A stretch of DNA of 35,561 nucleotides from an uncultured Gammaproteobacteria bacterium (lineage in GTDB: Bacteria; Patescibacteriota; Patescibacteriia; Patescibacteriales; UBA12465): assembly GCA_964351585.1 (NCBI GenBank), contig CAYGOK010000006.1:1-35561 (forward strand), written 5' to 3'. Both the position numbers and the translations under genes were made by a program. The notes under the pieces were generated by a model that saw only the letters and a list, made by a program, of their open reading frames with translations, was not told the DNA's origin and made no database searches. Below, piece after piece: positions 1 to 8,201 of the stretch. Position 1 is the stretch's first letter. Each line of letters opens with the position of its first letter.

Positions 1-30
1 CAAAATGCCCAAGAAATTAAAAAACTATGA
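1..30 (+). CDS. 3' end of an ORF that starts upstream of the window (...QNAQEIKKL*). It is probably the preceding 2-oxoacid:ferredoxin oxidoreductase subunit.
   Basis: Frame 1 is open from base 1 and ends at TGA 28-30. That stop overlaps the porB ATG (27-29) as ATGA. por operons commonly place the alpha subunit directly before beta. Only 9 codons are visible, so the product is inference. Confidence 0.3.
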   Translation, partial: QNAQEIKKL

Positions 31-899
31 ATAATAAAAATTTAAAATTTTTAGCCCCTGGCCACAACGCTTGCTCTGGTTGCGGACAATTATCAGCCGT
101 TCAGGCAGTAATGCGAGGGTTAACGCCCGATACAATTATTGCTAACGCCACTGGCTGCTTAGAGGTAACAACAACGGCTCACCCCCAAAGCTCTTGGGGT
201 CTGCCCTGGATACATTCTTTATTTGAGAATTCTTCAGCAGTTGCGTCAGGCATAAAAGCAGCCTTAAATAAAAAAGGAAACAAGACAACTAAAGTCTTGG
301 TTCAGGCTGGTGATGGCGGTACTTATGATATTGGCCTCGGCTTAATTAGCGGCATGTGGGCGAGAGGCGAAGAAATTCTTTATATTTGTTACGATACTGA
401 ATCTTATTCTAATACTGGCATTCAAGCTTCTGGCTCGACACCTTATAAGACTGCGACTAGCACTACTCCCAGCGGACAAGCAAGCTCTGGGTCAACTCAA
501 GGTAAAAAAGATATGCTAGCAATCGCTCTAGCACATAATTTAAAATATGTTGCTCAGTCAGTTGCTGGTTTTCCAGATGATATTACTAGTAAAGTTAAAC
601 AAGCACTAGCAACTCCTGGTCCAAGCTATATCCAAATTTTAAGTCCTTGCATTCCGGGTTGGAATATTGGCTATCACGAAGCGGCTTCAATGGGAAAATT
701 GGCCGTTCAAACTGGTTTATACCCTCTACTAGAATATATTGATGGTAAACTAGTTAAATCTAGTATTACCAAAACTTTTAAGGCTAAGTCGGTCAACGAA
801 TATTTAAGCACCCAGGGGAGGTTTAAACATTTAACACCAGAAGATCTTGGTTTTATCCAAAAATTGGCTGATGAAAATATTAAAAAATATAAAGTATGA
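27..899 (+). CDS. porB: Pyruvate/2-oxoacid:ferredoxin oxidoreductase, beta (ThDP-binding) subunit
   Basis: 290 aa. It has an N-terminal 'GHNACSGCG' Cys motif, a 'GDGGTYDIGL' ThDP/Mg-binding motif and further Cys in 'GCLEV' and 'SPCIPGW'. Length is typical of PorB. Confidence 0.85.
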   Translation: MNNKNLKFLAPGHNACSGCGQLSAVQAVMRGLTPDTIIANATGCLEVTTTAHPQSSWGLPWIHSLFENSSAVASGIKAALNKKGNKTTKVLVQAGDGGTYDIGLGLISGMWARGEEILYICYDTESYSNTGIQASGSTPYKTATSTTPSGQASSGSTQGKKDMLAIALAHNLKYVAQSVAGFPDDITSKVKQALATPGPSYIQILSPCIPGWNIGYHEAASMGKLAVQTGLYPLLEYIDGKLVKSSITKTFKAKSVNEYLSTQGRFKHLTPEDLGFIQKLADENIKKYKV

Positions 900-2308
900 A
901 AAATTTCCCAAAAAAAGCAGTCGCTATCTTTTTAGGAATTTTACTTGCCCAGATCTTTTTTTTAATTCCAACTAGTGCTCAGGCGGCCTGTAGCTGGTTT
1001 GCGGAAAAAACTTTTTATCAAGGTGGTGCCGTACAAAAAACCGGTGGCTGCTCTGATATTCATACTAAAGAAGCTGACAATCTTTGTTCAGCGTCAAAAC
1101 CAAGCTACACGCAAGAGAGTGGCATTGCCACCAATGCTGTTTGTTGTTGCGAAAAAAGTCCAGAAGCCCAAGCAGCTTCAAGTGAAGTTTGCTCCTGGGA
1201 AAAACAATCAATTTATTATGACAATGCTACAAAAAAACAAGTAGAAACAACCTGTTCTAGTGGTAAAGAAATTTTTACCGATAGTAATTGTTCTGGAACT
1301 AAGCCAACTTATATATCTGATCAGTATACGGCTAATAAAGCGATCTGTTGTTGTCAAAAAAATACTATTTCCAATGCCAGTCAAATAGAGGTTGAGCCCC
1401 CTAGATTTCAAATTCCAGAACTGCAAGTAAATTTTGGAGTGAATTTTTCCGCTCCTGTTTGTGAAGTCGCTGACGGTACCTATGAGTGTCGCATTAGTTG
1501 GTTAGGAGAATATCTAACAGCAATTTATAATTATGCTTTAAAAATAGGTGGAATTCTGGCAGCAGTAATGCTAATGGCAGGCGGCGTGATGTGGCTTATC
1601 TCTGGTGGTGATGCGGGAAAAGTTGGTACAGCTAAAGAAATAATTTCTGGTAGCATCATTGGCTTAGTCCTACTTTTTTCTTCCTATCTTATCTTAAGCC
1701 AAATCAATCCAAATTTAGTAGCTATGAGGCCAATAACCTTGGGCTCAATAAGTGGCAAACACATGGATGCCGTTTCTAAAATTAAAGATGGCGGCGCAGC
1801 CTCTACTTATGCTCAACAAGGTTGTGCTAGTGATCAGGAATTAAAGGATGGAGTAGCTTTTTATGCCACTGGATATTGTAAACCAGCCTACGAGAACACC
1901 GACCGCTTCTTCTGCTTTATTGCGATGAACTGCTCCTGTCCTAATGGTGAAGATACGACTAAAAATTGCGATAAGTGGTTCGGTAAAACATATCCTGGCT
2001 ATCATCCTTGCAATCAATTCCCTGAAGATACTGATTATTGCGGACGAACTGCTAGCGGGGCTACTCCAGAAATTGGTACAATTGCTGGACCAGCCTGTGA
2101 TAATCTCCCCCTGGGAAGAAATGTCTGCTTCACAAAAGATGGCAAATCAACAACCTATAAAATTACTGATAGAGGCGGCGGCATTAAAGGTAAGCGTATC
2201 GATATTTGGACTGGCGACTGTTCCGACGCTACTAAAGTTTCAGGAGTTGGCACTTTGAAGCTTGACGTTTGCCCAGGTGATACTGGTGCCGGAGGAGGAA
2301 GTTGGTAA
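896..2308 (+). CDS. Secreted, membrane-anchored Cys-rich protein. Order of parts: signal peptide, two six-Cys repeats, TrbC/VirB2-like (CPR 'pilin') two-helix hairpin, C-terminal 3D-domain (MltA/YuiC-like) putative cell-wall hydrolase.
   Basis: The ATG overlaps the porB stop (ATGA at 896-899). The signal peptide is 'MKNFPKKAVAIFLGILLAQIFFLIPTSAQA'. The hairpin reads 'ALKIGGILAAVMLMAGGVMWLISGGDAGKVGTAKEIISGSIIGLVLLFSSYLIL'. The 3D-domain signature is 'YATGYC...GRTASG...IAGPACDNLPLG...YKITDRGGGIKGKRIDIW', which includes three conserved Asp. Confidence 0.8.
   Translation: MKNFPKKAVAIFLGILLAQIFFLIPTSAQAACSWFAEKTFYQGGAVQKTGGCSDIHTKEADNLCSASKPSYTQESGIATNAVCCCEKSPEAQAASSEVCSWEKQSIYYDNATKKQVETTCSSGKEIFTDSNCSGTKPTYISDQYTANKAICCCQKNTISNASQIEVEPPRFQIPELQVNFGVNFSAPVCEVADGTYECRISWLGEYLTAIYNYALKIGGILAAVMLMAGGVMWLISGGDAGKVGTAKEIISGSIIGLVLLFSSYLILSQINPNLVAMRPITLGSISGKHMDAVSKIKDGGAASTYAQQGCASDQELKDGVAFYATGYCKPAYENTDRFFCFIAMNCSCPNGEDTTKNCDKWFGKTYPGYHPCNQFPEDTDYCGRTASGATPEIGTIAGPACDNLPLGRNVCFTKDGKSTTYKITDRGGGIKGKRIDIWTGDCSDATKVSGVGTLKLDVCPGDTGAGGGSW
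989..1360 (+). repeat. Protein-level tandem duplication of a ~56-aa six-cysteine module (copies at 989-1156 and 1190-1360) inside the 896-2308 CDS
   Basis: Copy 1 spans C32 to K87: 'CSWF..(x19)C..(x11)CSASKPSY..(x11)CCCEK'. Copy 2 spans C99 to K155: 'CSWE..(x20)C..(x11)CSGTKPTY..(x11)CCCQK'. Cys spacing is the same in both. The DNA copies are diverged. Confidence 0.75.
1490..1720 (+). other. TrbC/VirB2-like pilin hairpin (two TM helices joined by a short 'SGGDAGKVGTAKE' loop) within the 896-2308 CDS
   Basis: There are two ~22-residue hydrophobic helices flanking a Gly/Lys-rich loop. By eye this matches the small 'pilin' proteins abundant in CPR genomes. It has not been HMM-verified. Confidence 0.55.
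1853..2215 (+). other. 3D domain (double-psi beta-barrel, MltA/YuiC-like) carrying a ~54-aa Cys-rich insertion (1880-2041)
   Basis: The motif order is 'ATGYC' ... 'GRTASG' ... 'ACDNLPLGRNV' ... 'TDRGGGIKGKRIDIWTG'. The three Asp are D402, D425 and D436. Confidence 0.65.
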
Positions 2309-2326
2309 TCAAACAAATTTCATACC

Positions 2327-2358
2327 AAAAACACCGCTTGATCAGGCGGTGTTTTTTT
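2327..2358. terminator. Bidirectional rho-independent terminator between the convergent 896-2308 CDS and rnhA
   Basis: The sequence is 'aaaaacaccgc-ttgatcag-gcggtgttttttt'. The GC core stem is 7 bp (11 bp with A:T extension). An A-run lies 5' and a T-run 3', so it works on both strands. Confidence 0.8.
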
Positions 2359-2383
2359 ATTTTAAATATTTAAAATTAATCAA

Positions 2384-2788
2384 TTAGCGACCTCTATCCA
2401 TAGCTTCATTAGCCAGGCGATCAGCCTCCTTATTTTGTTCGCGCGGGATATGATGAAAAGTAATTTTCTTAAAACCAAGGCTAAGATTATAAACTGCTAA
2501 AAACAGTGGCGCTAAATCTTTATTTTTAACCTTGTACTCGCGATTAAGCTGGCGAACAACTAGTTCGCTATCAAGATAGCAGTCAACTTCAGTCGCGCCT
2601 AAGCTAACCGCCTTTTGTAAGGCTGAAATTAAGGCTTGATACTCGGCTTGGTTATTAGTAGCAACGCCTAAAAAATTAGATACTTCCGCTACTACCTTTT
2701 TATTTTCATTATAAATAATCGCACCCGTTCCAGCTGGGCCAGGATTTCCGCGCGCACCACCATCAGAAAAAATTATCAATTTTTCCAT
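2384..2788 (-). CDS. rnhA: Ribonuclease HI (type 1 RNase H)
   Basis: 134 aa. The DEDD residues are in context: 'FSDGGARGNPGPAG', 'NNQAEYQALISAL', 'LDSELVVRQL', 'KEADRLANEA'. Confidence 0.8.
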   Translation of the reverse strand: MEKLIIFSDGGARGNPGPAGTGAIIYNENKKVVAEVSNFLGVATNNQAEYQALISALQKAVSLGATEVDCYLDSELVVRQLNREYKVKNKDLAPLFLAVYNLSLGFKKITFHHIPREQNKEADRLANEAMDRGR

Positions 2789-2799
2789 ATGCTAAATTA

Positions 2800-4608
2800 T
2801 TACTCTTTATTTTTCTCTTCTTGTAAACGTAAATCAATAATCTTTAACTGAGCTTCACGGCGACCATTAAAATCGTTTACCTCTAAATAATAAACCACAT
2901 CAACCAAGTCACCTGGACGCACGTGTTTATACTGCTCAGCGGCACCAAAGGCTAGCCCCCAAATACCAGATAAACGTATTTTGATATGCTGATTATCAAA
3001 GCCCATCATCATTACATCTTCAACTGCTAAACCATAACTAACTAGCCGTGGCTGTTGGTTATTCTGACCAAAAGGTGCCAGTCCACTAATTTGATCAGCT
3101 AAAGCAAGGTTTAATTCCGCCGGCTTAAGCTCAGCTTCAATATCTAATTTAGGAACTAGTGATTTGCCAGCCAATGCCTCCTTAACTAAACCTGTTAATT
3201 TATTTTTAAAGGCGTTCAAATCTTCTTCTGATTTAGCCGAAAATCCACAAGCCATTGGATGTCCGCCATATTTTTCTAAATGATCAGAACAAGTAGTAAT
3301 CGCTTCAATTAAATTTAATTCTGGAATAGAGCGACCCGAGCCCTTAAAGGAAACTTTTTTTGGAACCAGTTTTTTCTTGGCAATATCAAATTCCGCTTCT
3401 TCAATTAAACGAGTAATAATCAGAGTTGGGCGATAATATTTTTCGGCAATTCGTCCGGCGACTAAACCAATAACACCTTCGTTCCAAACCTCGTCCTCGC
3501 CAGCAATACCAATAATAATTTCGGGGATATTATTAGGGTCAATTCGACTTTCTACTTGTTCAGTAATTTCTTTAGTAATTTCTTGGCGACTTTGATTGCG
3601 GCGATTTAATTCCTCAGCTAATTCCTGTGCCTCGTCTTCATCAGTGGTTGTCAGGAGGGCGAAGGCGGTATTAGCATGACTTAAACGACTAGCAGCATTT
3701 AAACGCGGGGCAATCTGCCAGCCAACATTCCAAGCTTCAATTTTTTTATCAACATTAGCTTTAGCTGAACGCAATAATTCTTTTAAACCTAAGCGCTTTC
3801 CCTGGTTTAAAATCTCTAAACCCTTTTTTGTTAATAAGCGATTTTCGCCAAGCAGGCTAACCATGTCAGCAATCGTGCCGACGGCAACTAAATCTAAACT
3901 TTTTTCGGCAATCTGCTGTTTCTGATTATCAGGTAAACTAGATTTAAATAGTAGAGCACTAATTAACTTAAATGAAACGCCCACCCCTGCCAAGAATGGA
4001 CAAGGATAATTATTACGCTTATCAGCGGGATTAATAATTGGACAAGCTGGCAAATCTTTTTCATTTTCCGGCAAAACGTGATGATCAGTAATAATAATAT
4101 CTAAGCCCTTAGACTTAGCGTAAGCTACCTCTTCTTTATTTCTAATTCCATTATCAACCGTGATAAGCAACTTAAAGCCGGCGTCCAAAATCTGGTTTAT
4201 TGCCATTTTATTAAGACCATATCCCTCACTAACTCTATCAGGTAAATAAACTTCGGTCTTAGCGTGTAATAGTCTTAACGCTTCTAATAAAATAACTGAG
4301 GATGTAACCCCGTCGGCATCATAATCACCATAGACCACAATCGGGCTGCCTTTTTTAATATGGGAAATTATTAAATCAACCGCTACCTCCATGTCTCTAA
4401 AAAGAAATGGGCTATAAAAAGCATAGTCAGCGTTTTCCGAAAAAGGGCGAGTTAATGTCGGGTCGAGCTCGCCACTTAAAAAATCTTTAATAGCTGCCTC
4501 AGTTGTTAAACCACGATTAAATAACATCTGCAAAAACACCAGATTCAAATCGGGCCGACTGCTGGCAAATTCAGCAGACATCGCTGGCAGTAAGCGCCAT
4601 TCTTTCAT
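2800..4608 (-). CDS. recJ: Single-stranded-DNA-specific exonuclease RecJ (DHH/DHHA1)
   Basis: 602 aa. DHH motifs are 'GDYDADGVTS', 'TVDNG' and 'ITDHH'. The DHHA1 motif is 'GGHPMACG'. Confidence 0.9.
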   Translation of the reverse strand: MKEWRLLPAMSAEFASSRPDLNLVFLQMLFNRGLTTEAAIKDFLSGELDPTLTRPFSENADYAFYSPFLFRDMEVAVDLIISHIKKGSPIVVYGDYDADGVTSSVILLEALRLLHAKTEVYLPDRVSEGYGLNKMAINQILDAGFKLLITVDNGIRNKEEVAYAKSKGLDIIITDHHVLPENEKDLPACPIINPADKRNNYPCPFLAGVGVSFKLISALLFKSSLPDNQKQQIAEKSLDLVAVGTIADMVSLLGENRLLTKKGLEILNQGKRLGLKELLRSAKANVDKKIEAWNVGWQIAPRLNAASRLSHANTAFALLTTTDEDEAQELAEELNRRNQSRQEITKEITEQVESRIDPNNIPEIIIGIAGEDEVWNEGVIGLVAGRIAEKYYRPTLIITRLIEEAEFDIAKKKLVPKKVSFKGSGRSIPELNLIEAITTCSDHLEKYGGHPMACGFSAKSEEDLNAFKNKLTGLVKEALAGKSLVPKLDIEAELKPAELNLALADQISGLAPFGQNNQQPRLVSYGLAVEDVMMMGFDNQHIKIRLSGIWGLAFGAAEQYKHVRPGDLVDVVYYLEVNDFNGRREAQLKIIDLRLQEEKNKE

Positions 4609-4610
4609 AG

Positions 4611-4715
4611 TTAAAAATTAAAACCACCAGCCAAGAAAGGCAATAAAACCATCGATAAAGAAACGACAATGGCTATAATCATCCAAAGCGCCTTAATAAT
4701 TTTTTTCTTTTTCAT
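4611..4715 (-). CDS. Unlisted 34-aa small membrane protein (MKKKKIIKALWMIIAIVVSLSMVLLPFLAGGFNF)
   Basis: Hand translation of the 118-nt lepA-recJ gap gives ATG at 4715 and TAA at 4613-4611. The ORF fills the gap, starting 11 nt after the lepA stop and ending 2 nt before the recJ ATG. It has a Lys-rich N-terminus followed by one hydrophobic helix. There is no homology evidence. Confidence 0.45.
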   Translation of the reverse strand: MKKKKIIKALWMIIAIVVSLSMVLLPFLAGGFNF

Positions 4716-4726
4716 AGCAAACTATA

Positions 4727-6550
4727 TTATCTCTTTAAAATTTTTACAAAGGTATCTGGCGGAATTTCTACACTTCCCTTGCCAGCAGCCATCATTTTCT
4801 TTTTACCTTTCTTCTGCTTTTCCAATAATTTGCGCTTACGTGTTACATCTCCACCATACAACTTAGCGGTAACATCCTTACGCATCGCTGATAATTTTTC
4901 AGCAGCAATAACTTTACTGCCTACGGCTGCTTGAATTTTAACAGCAAACATCTGACGTGGTAATGTGTCTTTTAAAATATCAACTACTTCCCGGCCTTGA
5001 CGATAAGCATCGTCGCGATAAACAATGGTCGCAAGTGATTCAATAATATCTTCGGCTACTAAAATATCCATCTTTACAACATCAGCCGGACGATAATCAA
5101 GGTACTCATAATTAATAGAGGCGTAACCAGCAGAAACACTTTTAACCTTATCATAAAAGTCGGTTAAAATCGCTGATAAAGGAATTTCGTAGTGTAAAAT
5201 TGCGCGACCACCTTCACCTTCAGCTGAAATATACTGGGTATTTTTATAAATACCACGCTTTTCCTGAGAGAGCTTAATAATATTTCCCATGTAATCCTTA
5301 GGACTAATAATATCTAGAGAAACCCAAGGCTCTTCAATCTTATCAATTTGTGTCTGGTCAGGTAGACGCTGAGGCGTACGAACAACAATATCCTCGCCAT
5401 TAGTTTTACGCACCTTGTAAGCAACACTAGGAACAGTCACAATCAAATCTAAATTATATTCCCGACGCAAACGTTCTTGGAAAACCTCTAAATGAAGAAG
5501 GCCTAAAAAACCACAGCGAAAACCAAAGCCAAGAGCATCTGATCTTTCTGGTTCATAAGATAAAGCAGCATCATTTAATTTTAATTTCTCCATGGCCTCT
5601 CGCAATTCTTTGAAATCATTACCTTCGCGCGGAAAAATTCCGGCAAAAACCATAGGCTTAACTTCTTTATATCCTGGCAAGGGGTCAAGTTTTTCATCTA
5701 AAACAGTAGCCGAGCCAGAAGCTAGGGTATCGCCAACGCGACAATCAGATACCTGCTTAAAGCCAGTAACAATATAACCAATTTCTCCCGCCTTGAGTTC
5801 ATTTTTAGAAACATAACCAGGCTTAAAAACGCCACAATCTAAAACCTCACTCTCTACTTGCATAGAGACTAACTTAATTTTATCTCCTTTACGAATAGCG
5901 CCATTAAAAACACGGATGTAAGCAACCACACCTCGATAGGTGTCATATTTGGAATCAAAAATAAGAGAACGAGAAACCTGATGCTTATTATTTATTTCTG
6001 GCTCAACCGGAGCTGGTCCACGTTTAATAATTTCATCTAAAACATCAATCACGCCCTCGCCAGTTTTTCCTGAAGTACAAAAAATTTCCTCCTCAGTGCA
6101 ACCAATAAGTTTCATTATTTCTCTTTTTACCTTCGGAACATCAGCAGCTGGCAAATCAATTTTATTAACAACAGGAATGATAGTCAGGTCTTGCTCTAAA
6201 GCTAAATATAAATTAGCTAGCGTCTGCGCCTGAATACCTTGGGTTGAATCTACTAAAAGTAAGGCGGTCTCAACGGCCGCCAAGGAACGAGACACCTCAT
6301 AAGAGAAGTCTACATGGCCAGGTGTGTCAATCAAATTAAGATTAAAACCTTTATAGGCCATATTAACGGGCGTCAATTTAATGGTAATTCCCCGCTCTCT
6401 TTCAATATCCATACCATCAAGGAGCTGGTCTTTCATTTTTCTTTTTTCAACTGTTCCAGTCAACTCTAACATACGGTCAGCCAAAGTGGACTTACCGTGA
6501 TCAATGTGAGCAATGATGGAAAAATTTCTGATGTTCTTAATATCGGACAT
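4727..6550 (-). CDS. lepA: Translation elongation factor 4 (LepA)
   Basis: 607 aa. GTPase motifs are 'AHIDHGKST', 'DTPGHVDF' and 'NKIDL'. The LepA-specific C-terminal domain ends with '...VEIPPDTFVKILKR'. Confidence 0.95.
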   Translation of the reverse strand: MSDIKNIRNFSIIAHIDHGKSTLADRMLELTGTVEKRKMKDQLLDGMDIERERGITIKLTPVNMAYKGFNLNLIDTPGHVDFSYEVSRSLAAVETALLLVDSTQGIQAQTLANLYLALEQDLTIIPVVNKIDLPAADVPKVKREIMKLIGCTEEEIFCTSGKTGEGVIDVLDEIIKRGPAPVEPEINNKHQVSRSLIFDSKYDTYRGVVAYIRVFNGAIRKGDKIKLVSMQVESEVLDCGVFKPGYVSKNELKAGEIGYIVTGFKQVSDCRVGDTLASGSATVLDEKLDPLPGYKEVKPMVFAGIFPREGNDFKELREAMEKLKLNDAALSYEPERSDALGFGFRCGFLGLLHLEVFQERLRREYNLDLIVTVPSVAYKVRKTNGEDIVVRTPQRLPDQTQIDKIEEPWVSLDIISPKDYMGNIIKLSQEKRGIYKNTQYISAEGEGGRAILHYEIPLSAILTDFYDKVKSVSAGYASINYEYLDYRPADVVKMDILVAEDIIESLATIVYRDDAYRQGREVVDILKDTLPRQMFAVKIQAAVGSKVIAAEKLSAMRKDVTAKLYGGDVTRKRKLLEKQKKGKKKMMAAGKGSVEIPPDTFVKILKR

Positions 6551-6559
6551 ACTTTTAAA

Positions 6560-8197
6560 TTACATACCACGCGCTTCTCCTTGGTCTTCAAGTTTAACCT
6601 TTTTAAACGGCCAGCGATTCCTTAGGGCCGACATGAGGCCAAAAAACTCTTCACAATCAAGGAGATAGCAAAATAGGCCATAAACCAGAACGCCTATACC
6701 GAAGGAGGCGGTTAATTGTACGAAAACTCCGCTAAACTTAGCCATATCTATGAATGGCCAAATGACTACTTTCATAATCTGAGCGGCCAAACCAGCAGCA
6801 ATAGCGGCAATAATAAACTTCGAAGAAGAGGCTAATATTCCAGCCAGATCTAAGGCTCCCACTTTAACATAAAGCCAAGCCCAGAGCAAGATTAGATTCA
6901 AAATATTGGCAGCTGAAAAAGCTAGAGCCAAACCAGCCACTCCCATCGTTTTTCCTAAATAAAATGACAAACCAATATTCACAATAATTGCCACCAAGCC
7001 AAAATAGAAAGGAGTGCGTGAATTATGTCGAGCATAATATACCCTAGTTAAAAGCGGGATAGTTGCTTGGGCAAATAGACTAAGCGCAAAAAATCCAAGC
7101 GCATCCATTGTCATAAAAGTTGAGCGCCAATCAAAATTACCAGTTCCTAAAACTACACGAATAATTTGAGCACGAAGCGCAACAATTAAAATCGTAGCCG
7201 GAATAATAAAAAACAAAATCTGACGAATAGCATTAGAGAAATGCTTAGTTAATTTTTCTTTATTATCAGCACTTTCAGCTAAGGCCGGAAAAGCGGCGAT
7301 AGCATAAGAAATACCAAAAATGCCTACGGGAAAAGCCTGAAGATTATTAGCAAAATTAAAAGCAGTTAGTGAGCCGCCTGGTAGGCTAGAGGCAATAACC
7401 GTAACAACAACTAAATTAATCTGAGAAATCGCAAGACTCATTGTGCGTGGAATCATCATGCGACCAATCTGTCTAGCCGCCTTGTCTTTAAAAGAAAGAA
7501 AAAAAGAATAGCTAAAACCAAGCTGGGAAACAGAAGGAATTTGTACCAAGAAATGCAAACCTGCTCCTAAAACAACACCCCAGGCTAAACCAATAATGCC
7601 AAGCTGTTCGACAAAATAAATAGCGCCAATAATAATACCGATATTGTAAAATATTGGCGACAAAGAATAAATTAAAAACCGTTTAAAAGACTGAAGAATG
7701 CCACCCAAGATGCCAGAAATTCCTAAAAATACAGGCGACAGAAACATAATTCGAGTTAAACGTGCGGTTTCGGCTTGAGCCTCTAAACTAAACCCAGGAG
7801 TAATAAGTGCTATTAACTGTGGTGCAAAAATAATACCAATAATAGATAGAGCAACTAAGCCTAAAATTAAAAAATTTAAAATGTTACTGACCAAGAGCCA
7901 AGCTTCTTTATTCTTTGTCCTGCCATCGCGACCAAATTTGTCTTTATCTCTCACTAAAGCACTAAAAACGGGAATAAAGCCAGCCGATAACGCGCCCAAA
8001 ACAACTAGGTTAAAAATTAAGTCTGGAACTCTAAAGGCCGCATAATAAATATCTAATTCTTCACCCGCCCCAAAACGTCCAGCCAAAATACGGTCGCGAA
8101 TTACCCCTAATAAACGTGAAATCAAAGACGATAAAGCAACCAGGGCGGCGGCCACGGTAATACTGTTAATTGAACGGTTAAAAATTCTCTTAAACAT
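6560..8197 (-). CDS. murJ: Lipid II flippase MurJ (MviN, MOP superfamily)
   Basis: 545 aa polytopic membrane protein. The N-terminus 'SRLLGVIRDRILAGRFGAGEELDIYYAAFRVPD' carries the conserved Arg/Asp set. Confidence 0.9.
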   Translation of the reverse strand: MFKRIFNRSINSITVAAALVALSSLISRLLGVIRDRILAGRFGAGEELDIYYAAFRVPDLIFNLVVLGALSAGFIPVFSALVRDKDKFGRDGRTKNKEAWLLVSNILNFLILGLVALSIIGIIFAPQLIALITPGFSLEAQAETARLTRIMFLSPVFLGISGILGGILQSFKRFLIYSLSPIFYNIGIIIGAIYFVEQLGIIGLAWGVVLGAGLHFLVQIPSVSQLGFSYSFFLSFKDKAARQIGRMMIPRTMSLAISQINLVVVTVIASSLPGGSLTAFNFANNLQAFPVGIFGISYAIAAFPALAESADNKEKLTKHFSNAIRQILFFIIPATILIVALRAQIIRVVLGTGNFDWRSTFMTMDALGFFALSLFAQATIPLLTRVYYARHNSRTPFYFGLVAIIVNIGLSFYLGKTMGVAGLALAFSAANILNLILLWAWLYVKVGALDLAGILASSSKFIIAAIAAGLAAQIMKVVIWPFIDMAKFSGVFVQLTASFGIGVLVYGLFCYLLDCEEFFGLMSALRNRWPFKKVKLEDQGEARGM

Positions 8198-8201
8198 ATA
8201 T

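Noticed and set aside
897-899. Possible alternative genetic code (UGA recoded, as in some CPR lineages)
   Set aside because: TGA terminates porB (290 aa) and the GH57 gene at family-typical lengths, and it forms ATGA stop-start overlaps. All other genes end in TAA or TAG, and I noticed no in-frame TGA problems.
975-2258. Alternative-frame and antisense ORFs inside the 896-2308 CDS (975-1244 +, 1208-1426 -, 1944-2258 +)
   Set aside because: They are nested in a CDS with clear signal peptide, repeat, TM and 3D-domain features. They have no motifs of their own.
4669-4866. 65-aa + strand ORF spanning the lepA-recJ gap
   Set aside because: Two thirds of it is antisense to the conserved lepA 3' end. 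The gap is better explained by the same-strand 34-codon ORF (4611-4715).
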